A DNA stretch of 64,000 nt from Henriciella sp. (lineage in GTDB: Bacteria > Pseudomonadota > Alphaproteobacteria > Caulobacterales > Hyphomonadaceae), in the NCBI GenBank assembly GCA_965279045.1, contig CBDIHJ010000032.1, positions 290-64,289 on the forward strand. The letters run 5' to 3'. This document shows, one piece after another, positions 49,305 through 60,900 of this stretch. The notes beneath the pieces are model-generated. The model did not search any database and was not told where the DNA came from. It was given only the letters and a program-made list of their open reading frames with translations. The stretch's first letter is position 1, and each line of letters starts with the position of its first letter. The position numbers were made by a program, and so were the translations under genes.

Positions 49305-50252
49305 ATGGATCAGGAAACCAAAGTTATGATGGCGCGCGTGGCGCAGCTTGGCGAAATGTCGGAATCTGAGGCCCGCCGGATCGTCAACGAAACGTATCAA
49401 GACGGCATTGTCAGCCGAGGCGAAGCTGAGGCGCTGTTCCGGATAAATGATGTGCTGAAGGCCACCGACCCTGAATGGGCGTCGCGGTTCCAAGAAGCGC
49501 TAAAAGACTATCTCCTAACGCGTGAACCGCCCGAAGGTTGGGTCACCGATGAGGAAGCTGAGTGGCTATTGTCTCAAGTCCAAATGGATGGAGAAAAGCC
49601 TGGACTCGATGAAATTGATCTGCTTCTGGCGGTGCTACGCCAGGCCAAAGGGGCGCCTGAATCGCTCGCCCACTACACGCTGGAAGCGATCAGCGCGCGG
49701 ATCATTGCGGACAGTGTCGCCAACATGAATATGGTCGAACGGATGCGTTATGCGCTTTATGCTGGGGCCGGAGATGGTGGGCTCTGGGTGACGGCGCATG
49801 AAGCGGCCATTTTGTTCAAAACGAATGATGCGATTGCGGAGGCGCGCAATGCGACCACGTGGAATGATCTGTTTGCCCGGGCGGTCGGTAATCATCTGAT
49901 GGCGCGGGCGCATCCGGCCCCGCAGACCGTTCAAGAGGCTTTGTCGCGCGAGGCGTGGCTCAATGATACTTCCTCGAATGCAGGCGGGTTCTTCGCGCGC
50001 ATGGGCGCGTCGTTCGCTTCGGGGAACTGGTTCGAAAAGGTCACTTATAGCGGCAAGAAAGCGGCGGATGCGCGTATGGCGGCGGCTGACGCGGCTTCGC
50101 GCGATGCAAATCGGGTTACGGATGAAGAGCAAACCTGGCTGAAACGCCGCTTGGGCTGGGACAAAAAAATATCGCCCGCTGAAACCGCTCTGATTGAATT
50201 CCTTAAGCAAGAAGCCCCAGGCTTTACCGAAGGCCTTGTCGCCGCCGCTTAA
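49305..50252 (+). CDS. Hypothetical protein with internal helical repeats
   Basis: 315-aa ORF from MDQETK; recurring (V/I)(S/T)xxE motif. Confidence 0.8.
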   Translation: MDQETKVMMARVAQLGEMSESEARRIVNETYQDGIVSRGEAEALFRINDVLKATDPEWASRFQEALKDYLLTREPPEGWVTDEEAEWLLSQVQMDGEKPGLDEIDLLLAVLRQAKGAPESLAHYTLEAISARIIADSVANMNMVERMRYALYAGAGDGGLWVTAHEAAILFKTNDAIAEARNATTWNDLFARAVGNHLMARAHPAPQTVQEALSREAWLNDTSSNAGGFFARMGASFASGNWFEKVTYSGKKAADARMAAADAASRDANRVTDEEQTWLKRRLGWDKKISPAETALIEFLKQEAPGFTEGLVAAA

Positions 50253-50352
50253 ACGCGCTGATCACACTTCCCAAGCGGCAGCCTCGACAAGCGCCCTTGT
50301 GCATTCTAAGTCCGGCAACGGACGATCAAAGAAACACGCACGGGGCCTGTAA

Positions 50353-52350
50353 ATGTTCAACAAAATCCTGATTGCCAATCGCGGTGAGATTGCCGTTCGT
50401 GTGATTAAAACCTGTCGACGCCTCGGGGTTAAAACGGTGGTTGTCTATTCCGATGCCGATGCCGGGTCTATGGCCGTGGAAATGGCCGATGAAGCGGTGC
50501 ATATCGGCCCATCTCCCGCCGCTGAATCTTATCTTGTCATGGACAAGATTGTTGATGCTGTGAAGCAAACCGGCGCGGAAGCGGTGCATCCCGGTTTTGG
50601 GTTCCTGTCCGAGAATGCCGAATTCGCCAAACGGCTGGAAAAAGAGAAGATCATCTTTATCGGCCCCAATCCGCACGCGATTGAAGCCATGGGCGATAAG
50701 ATCAGCTCTAAGAAGCTTGCCGCTGAGGCCGGGGTCTCCACCGTGCCGGGCCATATGGGTCTGATCAAAGATACGAAAGAAGCGCTCAAGATTAGCCGGG
50801 AAATTGGCTATCCGGTTATGATTAAAGCCTCAGCCGGGGGCGGCGGCAAAGGTATCCGGATCGCTTATGATGATCAGGACGTGGAAGAGGGGTATCCGGC
50901 GGTGAAAGCCGAAGCGACCGCCTCGTTTGGCGACGATCGGATCTTCATTGAAAAATTCATCCTTGAGCCACGCCACGTCGAAATTCAGGTGATGGGGGAT
51001 AAGCATGGCAATTGTGTCTATCTGTTTGAGCGCGAATGTTCGATCCAGCGCCGCAATCAGAAAGTGCTAGAAGAGGCCCCATCACCACTGCTGGACGAAG
51101 CCACGCGTAAGAAAATGGGTGAGCAAGCCGTCGCGCTCGCCAAAGCTGTGAACTATGACAGTGCGGGGACCGTTGAGTTCGTCGCCTCCGGCAAGGATAA
51201 GAGCTTTTATTTCCTCGAAATGAATACACGGCTGCAAGTGGAGCACCCGGTGACGGAAATGATCACGGGTGTCGATTTGGTCGAGCAAATGCTCCGCTCC
51301 GCCTATGGCGAGCAGCTGAGCCTTAAGCAAAAAGACTTGAAAATAAATGGCTGGGCGATCGAAAGCCGGGTCTATGCCGAAGACCCGTATCGCAACTTCT
51401 TGCCATCGATCGGTCGCCTGAAGCGCTTCATTCCGCCGGCAGAGGGAAAACTCGCCGGTGGTACGGTCCGTATGGATAGCGGTGTGCGCGAGGGCGACGA
51501 GATCTCGATGTTTTACGACCCGATGATCGCAAAACTCGTCACCCATGGCAAAGACCGTGATCAGGCTCTGGACGTCCAGGCAGAAGCGCTCGACCGCTTC
51601 CACATTGAAGGCATCCAAGACAATATGCCGTTCTGCGCTGCGGTCATGGACGAAAAACGCTTCCGGTCAGGCAATATCACCACCGCCTATATCAAAGACG
51701 AATTCCCAGACGGATTCCAAGGCACAGCGCCGACTCAAGAGCAGAGTGTTATGCTGACCGCTGTCGCCGCCTACGTACACGGCGTCTTGGTGCGACGCGC
51801 GGGCCAGACGACCGGCCGGATGTCGCCCATCGCGCCGCTGCGTTCGGACTGGGTGGTCGCGCTTGGTGAGGACTATTGCCCCGTCGAATTGGACCTGGGC
51901 GAAGGCGAAGCGACGATTAAGATCGGCAAAAAGGCGCATTCTTTCGTGACAGAATGGGTGCCTGGACAGCCGCTTGTTGAGGGCGTTCTCGACGGCAAAG
52001 CTATCGCGGTCAAAGTGGCCCCCCAATCTGAGGGCTATTTGATGCGACATCGCGGCGTGCGTTTAAATGCGCTGGTTTGCTCACCGATTGTCGCTGATTT
52101 GCACAAACGCTTGCCTGAAAAGGAAAAACCGGACCTGTCGAAGCTGATCATTTCGCCGATGCCTGGACTTGTGGTTTCGATCGATGTTGCCGTGGGCCAG
52201 TCGGTTCAAGAAGGTGAAGCGGTTTGTATTGTCGAAGCGATGAAGATGCAGAACATTATTCGCGCTGAAGCCGATGGCACCGTGAAAGCAATTAATGTCG
52301 GGGCAGGGGACAGCGTCGCGGCTGACGAAATCATGTTGGAATTTGAATAG
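50353..52350 (+). CDS. pccA: Propionyl-CoA carboxylase alpha subunit (biotin carboxylase + BCCP)
   Basis: ILIANRGEIA, KASAGGGGKG, ERECSIQRRNQK, FLEMNTRLQVEH, EAMKM biotinylation site. Confidence 0.9.
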   Translation: MFNKILIANRGEIAVRVIKTCRRLGVKTVVVYSDADAGSMAVEMADEAVHIGPSPAAESYLVMDKIVDAVKQTGAEAVHPGFGFLSENAEFAKRLEKEKIIFIGPNPHAIEAMGDKISSKKLAAEAGVSTVPGHMGLIKDTKEALKISREIGYPVMIKASAGGGGKGIRIAYDDQDVEEGYPAVKAEATASFGDDRIFIEKFILEPRHVEIQVMGDKHGNCVYLFERECSIQRRNQKVLEEAPSPLLDEATRKKMGEQAVALAKAVNYDSAGTVEFVASGKDKSFYFLEMNTRLQVEHPVTEMITGVDLVEQMLRSAYGEQLSLKQKDLKINGWAIESRVYAEDPYRNFLPSIGRLKRFIPPAEGKLAGGTVRMDSGVREGDEISMFYDPMIAKLVTHGKDRDQALDVQAEALDRFHIEGIQDNMPFCAAVMDEKRFRSGNITTAYIKDEFPDGFQGTAPTQEQSVMLTAVAAYVHGVLVRRAGQTTGRMSPIAPLRSDWVVALGEDYCPVELDLGEGEATIKIGKKAHSFVTEWVPGQPLVEGVLDGKAIAVKVAPQSEGYLMRHRGVRLNALVCSPIVADLHKRLPEKEKPDLSKLIISPMPGLVVSIDVAVGQSVQEGEAVCIVEAMKMQNIIRAEADGTVKAINVGAGDSVAADEIMLEFE

Positions 52351-52416
52351 GACGGGCAATTTTAATTGTCTCGCAGGCGAATATCACTAGCTTGCGGGCA
52401 AACGGAGGTGCTCGGC

Positions 52417-52935
52417 ATGGTCAATCTTCTTTTTAATCCGAACGGACGGATTGCGCGCAATCGGTTCTGGCAAGGCATGGTGGTGTTGACCGTGGCCAGC
52501 GTGCTGGTCTCAGCGGGCTCAGTGATGCTCGGGACGCTGTTCGGCTTGCTCAGCTACGCCCTGATCTACCCGTATATCTGTGTTTATGGAAAAAGGCTCC
52601 ACGATGCGGGGCTGACCGCCTGGTGGGTGATCGGGGTTGGGATCGGCACGATCATTTTCAATTTCATCTTCAGCCTGATTTTTACACCGCTCTTCATGGG
52701 ACCAGAAGAGATGCGCATTCAGGAAGAAATGACAGAGCGCATGTTGTCTGGCGATTGGGCTGGGATGACGGAAGGGGCTGAAATCCTGGCCGCCAAACTC
52801 TTACCCTTGTCGATCGCGACAATCGTCGTGACCAATCTTGTGGTCGCAGTGGTGCTCGGCTTCTTAAAGACCGAACCGCGGGAGAATAAGCATGGGCCCG
52901 TTCCCGGCACGAGCACGGCGGATACGTTCGAATAA
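52417..52935 (+). CDS. DUF805 family membrane protein
   Basis: GGAGG RBS; LFNPNGRIARNRFW, KRLHDAG, NKHGP. Confidence 0.88.
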   Translation: MVNLLFNPNGRIARNRFWQGMVVLTVASVLVSAGSVMLGTLFGLLSYALIYPYICVYGKRLHDAGLTAWWVIGVGIGTIIFNFIFSLIFTPLFMGPEEMRIQEEMTERMLSGDWAGMTEGAEILAAKLLPLSIATIVVTNLVVAVVLGFLKTEPRENKHGPVPGTSTADTFE

Positions 52936-53032
52936 TTCCTGCCTGTCGATAAATTTTTATCGTTTATTGATAAAGTCTCGGATCTGTGTATAAGCGTGCA
53001 AGATAAGAGCACCACTAAAGGACGAATTCGCT

Positions 53033-53896
53033 ATGAGCGACGCCACTGCCTCCCAAACTGCCCTCGATCCAGAGCGCCCTTGGATCACAAATGAAGAAGA
53101 ACTGCCCCAGCGCATGCGGTGGTTCGACACTTTGTTCAATCCTACCGGGGCCTCGCCTAAGCTGCACTTCACGCGTGCTTGGACGCTTCTGTTTTTTGCC
53201 GGTCTTTTTGCATGGGTCGGTGTCGGCGCGATTATCACAGTGATCGGGATCGCGGGCGTTGATACAGCAGGCTTGTCGGCGTTCCATGGCTATCTGATCG
53301 CCGTTGTGCTCGCGATTACATCGATCTGCTCCTATGTCATCCACACGCGGCGTTTAAATCATGCGGGGAAGATTTCTCTGCGGGCCTTGGTCGTTTTATT
53401 GCCCATGGTGATCGGGGCGGTTTTGTTTCTCGGAGGCGTCACCGGAAAAGCCGCCGAATATGACGAACTCTATGAAAAACGTGCTGAATTCCTCGCCGAT
53501 CCAGCCGCTTGGCGTGAAGCCCGCCTTGAAGAACAACGCCAGCAACAGGCCGAAGCCGAAAAGGCGCGACTCGAAGCTGAACAAGCCCGTGAGAATGGGG
53601 AAGAAGGCGCCGGCGAACAGCGCGGGCAACGCGGCGGACAAGGCCGCGGCGGCCCTCCGGGCGGATGGAATCAAGGCCCAAGTCCTGAAAATCCTCTCCC
53701 GAGCAAAGAAGAATTTATCGTTCGTCCAAACCTTGGCGCTTTCAACACACCCATCGTGCTGATGAACACGCTGATTATGATTTGGAGCCTGCTTTGGGTC
53801 GCGCGCGTCCCGAACTTTGGCAAAGACCCAGAGCCGGATGCGTATGACGGATATGGTGATCCGACGGGTATGTCGGCGGAGCGCCCGTTCGGCTAG
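53033..53896 (+). CDS. DUF805-like membrane protein with a coiled-coil/Gly-rich insertion
   Basis: [24 protein letters not shown]; E/Q/R-rich helix and [11 protein letters not shown] linker before the last TM. Confidence 0.7.
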   Translation: MSDATASQTALDPERPWITNEEELPQRMRWFDTLFNPTGASPKLHFTRAWTLLFFAGLFAWVGVGAIITVIGIAGVDTAGLSAFHGYLIAVVLAITSICSYVIHTRRLNHAGKISLRALVVLLPMVIGAVLFLGGVTGKAAEYDELYEKRAEFLADPAAWREARLEEQRQQQAEAEKARLEAEQARENGEEGAGEQRGQRGGQGRGGPPGGWNQGPSPENPLPSKEEFIVRPNLGAFNTPIVLMNTLIMIWSLLWVARVPNFGKDPEPDAYDGYGDPTGMSAERPFG

Positions 53897-54579
53897 ACCA
53901 AAGGCGCGCCCGCAATCGTCGCCGAGTCAAAAACTTGCTCAAAAGCGAGCTTCAGGGCGTCATCCGCCTCCGCCATATCGACCGGGCGTCCGAGATCAAC
54001 CAGGCTCGTGACGCCATAGCGTGGATCATCAATCCCGCAGGGGGTGATCCCAGTAAAATGCTCCAGATCGGGTTCAACATTGAGGCTGATCCCGTGGAAG
54101 CTGACCCAGCGCTTGAGGCGAATGCCAATCGCCGCGATTTTGTCCTCGCGAAGCTGTCCGCCTGGTTGCGTGCGGTCGACCCAAACGCCGACACGACCTT
54201 CGCGCGTCCCGGCTTCAATGTTAAAGCGTTTCAGTGCCTCAATAATCCAGAGCTCTAAATTGGCCACGAAGGTGCGCACGTCTCGGCCGCGAGCGGCGGC
54301 GTCAAGCATGACATACGCGACGCGCTGTCCCGGGCCATGATAGGTGTACTCGCCGCCGCGACCGGCCTCATAGACTGGAAAACGAGAGGGATCGCGTAAG
54401 TCTTCGAGCTTGGCGCTGGTCCCCGACGTGTAAAGCGGCGGGTGCTCCAGCAACCAGATCATTTCCGGCGCCCCTTCCTCGCGAATGGCTTTCGCGTAGG
54501 CTTTCATCGCCTCGTGCGCGGCATCATAATCCACGGGGGTAGGGCTGGTGGCCCAGAGTACGGTCGGACGATCTGTCAT
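53893..54579 (-). CDS. lipB: Lipoyl(octanoyl) transferase
   Basis: [44 protein letters not shown]. Confidence 0.96.
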   Translation of the reverse strand: MTDRPTVLWATSPTPVDYDAAHEAMKAYAKAIREEGAPEMIWLLEHPPLYTSGTSAKLEDLRDPSRFPVYEAGRGGEYTYHGPGQRVAYVMLDAAARGRDVRTFVANLELWIIEALKRFNIEAGTREGRVGVWVDRTQPGGQLREDKIAAIGIRLKRWVSFHGISLNVEPDLEHFTGITPCGIDDPRYGVTSLVDLGRPVDMAEADDALKLAFEQVFDSATIAGAPLV

Positions 54580-54654
54580 TGGACTGCATATAGCGAAGAC
54601 TTTTCGCTTCACAATCGTGGCACTGCCGCGTATATGGCGCGCTCTACCCGGCGT

Positions 54655-54739
54655 GCGGCCGTGGCGGAACTGGTAGACGCGCAGCGTTGAGGTCGCTGTG
54701 GGGCAACCCGTGGAGGTTCGAGTCCTCTCGGCCGCACCA
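54655..54739 (+). tRNA. tRNA-Leu (anticodon GAG)
   Basis: GCGGCCG acceptor stem, TGGCGGAACTGGTAGACGC D-arm, CAGCG-TTGAGGT-CGCTG anticodon arm, long variable arm, GGTTCGAGTCC T-loop, encoded CCA. Confidence 0.97.
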
Positions 54740-54971
54740 TCTTAAAATTAAAAGTATTTTTGGGCGATTGCGCCTGTTTCTGCTCCGCTGGAAGCGGCCC
54801 TCAAGTACCTCATGTACTAAACTCAGCCGCCAAATTCCTACGTCTGCCGATGCCAAATGCGCCGGACGGCATGGACTTTGACCGTTTGTTTGCGTAGCCG
54901 GAACGCATGGACACTCAACATGACCTCCTAACCGAGCTGCGCTAATTTCCTCCTAAAAGACAGGACCCCAA

Positions 54972-56234
54972 ATGACTCGTCTCGAAGATCGAATTCAGGG
55001 CCATATTAATGAGCTGGGCGCGCGCGCCAAAGCCGCCGCTAAAGTGATCGCTGTGGCTTCAACCGAACAAAAGAATAGCGCGCTCATCGCGGCTGCAGCT
55101 TCTTTACGTCGGCGCGCAACAACTATTCTCAAGGCAAATGCCGAAGATGTCGCGAGCGTCGAAGGGAAAAAGAATGCGGCTTTTATTGATCGGCTAAAAC
55201 TCGACGAGGCCCGCATCGAGGCTATGGCGCTGGCGCTGGAACAAATCGCTGATCTGCCAGATCCGGTCGGGCGAAAAATGGCGACGTTCGATCGTCCAAA
55301 CGGCTTAAAGATTGAACGCGTATCGTGTGCGCTCGGTGTCATCGGTATGATCTACGAATCACGTCCGAACGTGGGCGCTGATGCCAGTGCGCTCTGCCTC
55401 AAATCAGGGAACGCGATCATCTTACGCGGGGGATCGGAGAGTCGACTCTCAACCCGCGAGATCGTCGACTGTATGCAAGATGGACTGGTTAAAGCTGGTT
55501 TGCCAAAGGATGTTGTCCAAACTGTTGAGACGACCGATCGTGCCGCCGTCGCCGCTCTGCTTGGTGCAATTGACTATGTTGATTTGGTGATCCCACGAGG
55601 CGGACGCGGTTTGGTTGAATTGGTCCGAGATCAGGCGCGGGTGCCAACCTTGCTGCACCTCGATGGCAATTGCCATTCTTACATTCATGCCGCTGCTGAC
55701 CTCGACAAAGCGGTGGCTGTGATCCGCAACGCCAAACTGCGTCGAACCGGGATTTGCGGTGCGACTGAAAGCATTGTGATTGACCGAGATATCGCGGCGC
55801 GCGCCGTGCCAGCACTCGCGGATGCAATGCCCGATTGCGAACTGCGTGGCGACACGGTTGCGTGTGGTCTCGATCCACGTCTTGTGGCGGGCGACGAAGA
55901 AGATTGGTCGACCGAATATCTTGATGCTGTCGCGTCTGTGCGCATCGTCGAGGGGCTCGAAGAAGCCCTAAGCCTGATCAATACTTATTCGTCTGGCCAT
56001 ACAGACGCTATCATGACCGAAGACGCCGGGGCGGCCGCCAAATTCTGCGCAACCGTCGATAGCGCGGTGGTGATGCACAACGCCTCGACACAATTTTCAG
56101 ATGGTGGAGAGTTCGGCATGGGCGCTGAAATCGGGATTTCGACGGGAAAAATGCACGCTCGCGGTCCGGTTGGATTGGAGCAGCTGACGAGTTTCAAGTA
56201 CATCGTGCATGGCGATGGGCAAACCCGCGCTTAA
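54972..56234 (+). CDS. proA: Gamma-glutamyl phosphate reductase (glutamate-5-semialdehyde dehydrogenase)
   Basis: [66 protein letters not shown]. Confidence 0.96.
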   Translation: MTRLEDRIQGHINELGARAKAAAKVIAVASTEQKNSALIAAAASLRRRATTILKANAEDVASVEGKKNAAFIDRLKLDEARIEAMALALEQIADLPDPVGRKMATFDRPNGLKIERVSCALGVIGMIYESRPNVGADASALCLKSGNAIILRGGSESRLSTREIVDCMQDGLVKAGLPKDVVQTVETTDRAAVAALLGAIDYVDLVIPRGGRGLVELVRDQARVPTLLHLDGNCHSYIHAAADLDKAVAVIRNAKLRRTGICGATESIVIDRDIAARAVPALADAMPDCELRGDTVACGLDPRLVAGDEEDWSTEYLDAVASVRIVEGLEEALSLINTYSSGHTDAIMTEDAGAAAKFCATVDSAVVMHNASTQFSDGGEFGMGAEIGISTGKMHARGPVGLEQLTSFKYIVHGDGQTRA

Positions 56235-56299
56235 TCCATTCGAGCACATTTAAGATCAGTCCGATCCATCAGTCACCAAAAGGAACCTGAACCGACAAT

Positions 56300-57859
56300 A
56301 TGAGTATTTCGCTGCCAGAGATGATATCCCTCGGAGCCTATTTCCTGCTGATGCTGGGGATCGGGCTCTATGCGTATAAAAAGTCCACAAGTGATGTTTC
56401 CGAATACATGTTAGGTGGACGCCAATTGCATCCTGCTGTCGGCGCCCTTTCGGCCGGTGCGTCAGATATGTCAGGCTGGATGCTGATGGGGCTGCCGGGC
56501 GCGATTTATCTTTCGGGGTTGAACGCGGCGTGGATTGCCGTCGGGCTGACGATCGGGGCTTACCTCAACTATCGCTTGGTTGCGCCGCGCTTGCGGGTCT
56601 ACACCGAGATGGCCGACGATGCGATCACGATCCCAGACTATTTCGAAAAGCGCTTCAACGATCGGTCACGTGCCTTGCGGATCATTTCATCCATGGTGAT
56701 CGTGATTTTCTTCACATTGTACACGTCAGCTGGAATTGTAGCGGGCGGTAAACTGTTTGAATCGGCTTTCGGGCTCGACTACACGACCGGGCTTTTTGTA
56801 ACCGCAGGTGTCGTGCTGGCCTATACAATGATTGGTGGCTTCCTCGCGGTCAGTCTGACCGACTTTGTTCAGGGCACGATCATGTTCCTCGCCTTGCTTT
56901 TGGTGCCGATCGTCGCGCTGGTGACCATTGGCGGCTTTGGCGGTGCAGAGAGCGCTGTGATGTCCGCACCGCCCGCCATCGCAACCGATGGCAGCATCGG
57001 GCCGAGCCGGGCCGCGTTCTTCAGCTGGACTGAGGGGCTCACGCTTATTGGCTTTATTTCACTGATGAGTTGGGGGCTCGGATATTTTGGCCAACCCCAC
57101 ATCATTGTCCGCTTCATGGCGATCCGGTCTCTGAAAGACGTCACAACGGCGCGTTATATTGGCATGACCTGGATGATTGTGACTGTGATTGGTGCCGTGC
57201 TGGTTGGACTGGTCGGTGTCGCTTACGTTCAGCAAAACGATTTGCATGACACGCTGGTCGACCCTGAAACGATCTTTATTCTGCTGTCTCAAACCCTGTT
57301 CCACCCGCTTGTTGCAGGGTTTCTCTTGGCCGCGATTTTGGCGGCAATCATGAGTACGATTTCCTCGCAATTGCTGGTTTCGTCGAGTTCGTTGACGGAA
57401 GATTTCTATAAAACATTTGTGCGCCGCGAAGCGAGCCAGTCTGAACTCGTCTTAATCGGGCGGTTATCCGTGTTGGCGGTCTCCTTGGTGGCGATCCTAC
57501 TGGCTTTCGATCGTTCAAGTAACATTCTGTCGCTCGTCTCAAACGCTTGGGCGGGATTTGGCGCTGCGTTTGGCCCAATCATTCTGATGTCGCTTTATTG
57601 GAAAGGAATGACCCGTGACGGGGCCCTTGCGGGTATGATTGTTGGCGCCGGTACCGTCTTGTTCTGGCTCTATGCTCCAATCTCCATTGGCGGTCAGTCT
57701 CTCTCGCAAATCATCTATGAAATTGTCCCAGGTTTCCTTCTCTCTGGCCTCGCGGCCTATTTGGTGAGCGTATTTGGACGGAACCCAAAACAAGAGGTCG
57801 CAAAAGCTCATTCTGAGCTGGAAGCAGCCATGGCGGAAGACCCGCAGCCGGTTTTTTGA
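56300..57859 (+). CDS. putP: Sodium/proline symporter
   Basis: ALSAGASDMSGW.LMGLPG, GGFLAVS.TDF.QG, WGLGYFGQPHII.RFM, ILAAIMST.SSQLLV, AWAGFGAAFGP. Confidence 0.95.
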   Translation: MSISLPEMISLGAYFLLMLGIGLYAYKKSTSDVSEYMLGGRQLHPAVGALSAGASDMSGWMLMGLPGAIYLSGLNAAWIAVGLTIGAYLNYRLVAPRLRVYTEMADDAITIPDYFEKRFNDRSRALRIISSMVIVIFFTLYTSAGIVAGGKLFESAFGLDYTTGLFVTAGVVLAYTMIGGFLAVSLTDFVQGTIMFLALLLVPIVALVTIGGFGGAESAVMSAPPAIATDGSIGPSRAAFFSWTEGLTLIGFISLMSWGLGYFGQPHIIVRFMAIRSLKDVTTARYIGMTWMIVTVIGAVLVGLVGVAYVQQNDLHDTLVDPETIFILLSQTLFHPLVAGFLLAAILAAIMSTISSQLLVSSSSLTEDFYKTFVRREASQSELVLIGRLSVLAVSLVAILLAFDRSSNILSLVSNAWAGFGAAFGPIILMSLYWKGMTRDGALAGMIVGAGTVLFWLYAPISIGGQSLSQIIYEIVPGFLLSGLAAYLVSVFGRNPKQEVAKAHSELEAAMAEDPQPVF

Positions 57860-57980
57860 GGCCACGCGAGACCTACGCAAAGAAAACTCACAGGCGGATG
57901 CCAGGGCAAAGTTCCGGCCCTGGGTCCCCGACGCGCTTGCCATGCGAGCGCCGCTGACAGAAAAGGATAAGGATAAAACT

Positions 57981-60900
57981 ATGGCGCTCGGCGACGGCAA
58001 ATTGATGACCCGAACTTACTCCGTTTCGTATGACGAAGCTGCCTTTGAGCGCATCAATGAGCGCTATCGAGAGGATGAAGATGTCGTCCTGCGCGATTTG
58101 ATCGAAGAGGCAGACTTATCGGCAGCCCTGCGCGAGCGTATCCAAACCCGTGCGGTCGATCTCATTCGTTATATGCGAGAGGACGGTAAGCCAGGTCTCA
58201 TGGACATGTTCTTAGCCGAGTATGGGCTCTCCACGAATGAAGGCATCGCTTTAATGTGTCTGGCTGAAGCGCTGCTACGTGTGCCGGACCCGGGCACCAT
58301 TGATGCGCTGATTGAAGACAAGATCGCGCCTTATGATTGGGACGAGCATTTAGGCAAATCCCAATCCGCCTTGGTCAACGCCTCGACCGCTGCGTTGATG
58401 CTCACCGGGCGCGTTTTGGATGATGACGACTCTGCAAGTGTGATGGGCCTCCTTAATCGCACCGTGAAACGCCTCGGCGAGCCGGTTGTCCGCGTTGCTG
58501 TACGCCGCGCCATGAAGGAAATGGGTGACCAGTTTGTGCTCGGTCAAACCATTTCAGAAGCCATCCGGCGCGGCGAAGCGGAACGTAAAAAGGGATATCT
58601 TTATTCTTATGATATGTTGGGCGAAGCTGCGCTTACCGCAAAAGACGCTGCCGAGTTCTACGCGTCTTATTCCAGCGCGATTGAAGCGATCGGGGCCCAA
58701 TCGATCGGGTCTGACATTCAGAGTTCGCCAGGGGTCTCGGTTAAATTGTCAGCCTTGCATCCACGGTTCGAGTTCGCCAAGCAAGCGCGTTTAGAGACAG
58801 AGCTTGTGCCCCGGGTCGCATCGCTCGCCCAAGCCGCGAAGGACCGCGGGCTCGGCTTTAACATTGATGCGGAAGAAGCTGACCGCCTTGAGCCAACTCT
58901 GCGCGTCTTCGAAGCGCTTTTAGCGGACCCCAGTCTCGCCGGCTGGGATGGCCTTGGTCTTGTTATTCAAGCTTATGGTCGTCGCGCCGCTTCGGTGATT
59001 GATTGGTTGTACGCGACCGCCAAACGCTATGACCGTAAAGTGATGGTGCGGCTGGTCAAAGGCGCCTATTGGGACACCGAGGTGAAGCGTGCGCAAGTTG
59101 ACGGGGTGAGTGATTTTCCGGTCTTCACCAAACGCACCGCGACCGATGTCGCTTATATGTGTTGCGCCAAAAAACTGCTCGGCATGACCGATCGTATCTA
59201 CCCGCAATTTGCGACCCACAATGCCCAGACCGCGGCGACAGTTCTCGAGCTTTGCGATGACACCTCCGCGTTTGAGTTTCAGCGTCTCCATGGCATGGGT
59301 GAAACGCTCCACCATTATCTCTTGAAAGAAGCGGGCACGCGCTGTCGGATCTATGCACCTGTCGGGCCGCACAAGGACTTACTGGCCTATTTGGTGCGCC
59401 GTTTGTTGGAGAACGGCGCTAATTCGTCTTTCGTCAATCAAGTGATTGATCGCCGCTTGCCGGCAACACAAATCGCAAAAGATCCGGTCGAGAAGTATCA
59501 CGCCCTTTCGAACCGGCAGTCCGCCGCGCTCAAAAATCCGACGCAGCTCTTTGCCCCCCAGCGCCAAAATTCAAAAGGGTGGGATTTGCGCAACCGCGCC
59601 GATACGGATGATATAGAACAGGCGCGCGCACCTTTTGCGACCGAGCGCTGGACCGCTGAACCATTGTTGGCCGTAGACTGGCAAGGGGATGGTCAAGAAA
59701 CGCTGATGAATCCGGCCAACCCCAATGATGAGGTGGGTGTGGTTAGGCTTGCGTCACAATCTGATGCCGCCGCGGCGCTCGAAGCCGCGAGGATCTGGCT
59801 AGAGGCAGACGCGCGAACCCGCGCCGCCACGCTCAACCGCGCCGCCGATCTCTATGAGGCGAATTTCGGTGAAATCTTTGCCGTGCTGACGCGCGAAGCA
59901 GGCAAAACCCAGTTGGATGCAGTGGCAGAGCTGCGCGAGGCCGTCGATTTTCTGCGATATTATGCCAATCGGGCGCTTGTTCTATCGACCCATTTGCCCG
60001 CGGGCGTTATCACTTGTATCTCGCCATGGAATTTCCCGTTGGCGATTTTTACGGGCCAAATTGCTGCAGCTTTGGCCGCTGGAAATAGTGTCTTGGCGAA
60101 ACCCGCTGAAACGACCCCGATCATTGCCAGCATCGCCATAAAACTATTGCACGAGGCAGGCGTCCCGAGAGACGTCTTGCAATTTCTCCCTGGACACGGC
60201 CGATCCGTTGGCCAAGCCTTAGTCGGATCGCCAACCGTAGCCGGGGCATGTTTTACCGGCTCTACTGCAACAGCTCAGGCGATCAACAGAACCCTTGCCC
60301 GCCAGGCTCAGCCCGATGCCTTTTTGATCGCTGAAACAGGCGGCCTGAATGCCGGGATCATCGACTCAACCGCGCTTCCTGAACAAGCGGTGCGAGACAC
60401 GATTGTGTCGGCGTTTCAATCGACCGGACAGCGCTGTTCGGCGCTAAGATGCCTGTACGTCCAAAACGACATTGCCGACGGATTCCTCGACATGCTGTTC
60501 GGCGCCATGGATGAGGTGGAGCTCGGTGACCCTTGGGCCTTCTCGACAGATATCGGGCCGCTGATCAGTGCCGACGCGCAAACCCATATCCAAGCCTATA
60601 TCGATCAAGCGAAAGCCGACGGCCGATTACTCAAACAGCTTGCCGCCCCGATGAAGGGCCATTTTGTTGGACCGGCCGTCATCCAGGTCGAATCAATTAT
60701 TGATCTAAAGGACGAAGTTTTTGGTCCCGTGCTCCATGTCGCGCGTTTCGATGCCGATGAATTCGAAACCGTCTTGGAGCATGTGAATGCAACTGGCTAT
60801 GGTCTAACTTTCGGTCTGCACACCCGAATAGATGAGCGCGTTCGCGAGATCTCGGACCAGCTCGCCGTCGGCAATATCTACGTGAATCGAAATCAAGTTG

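Noticed and set aside
54720-54760. tRNA-Leu 3' end as the attachment site of an integrative element
   Set aside because: No integrase and no second copy of the tRNA 3' end seen in the window; the island idea is kept only as an inference.
54850-54945. Tiny ORFs (MPNAPDGMDFDRLFA*, MDTQHDLLTELR*) as a proA leader peptide
   Set aside because: No Pro-codon run, clear RBS or attenuator structure.
57774-57980. Extended PutA N-terminus as a possible DNA-binding domain
   Set aside because: It overlaps the end of putP and shows no ribbon-helix-helix pattern; purine-rich RBS-like sequence precedes 57981.
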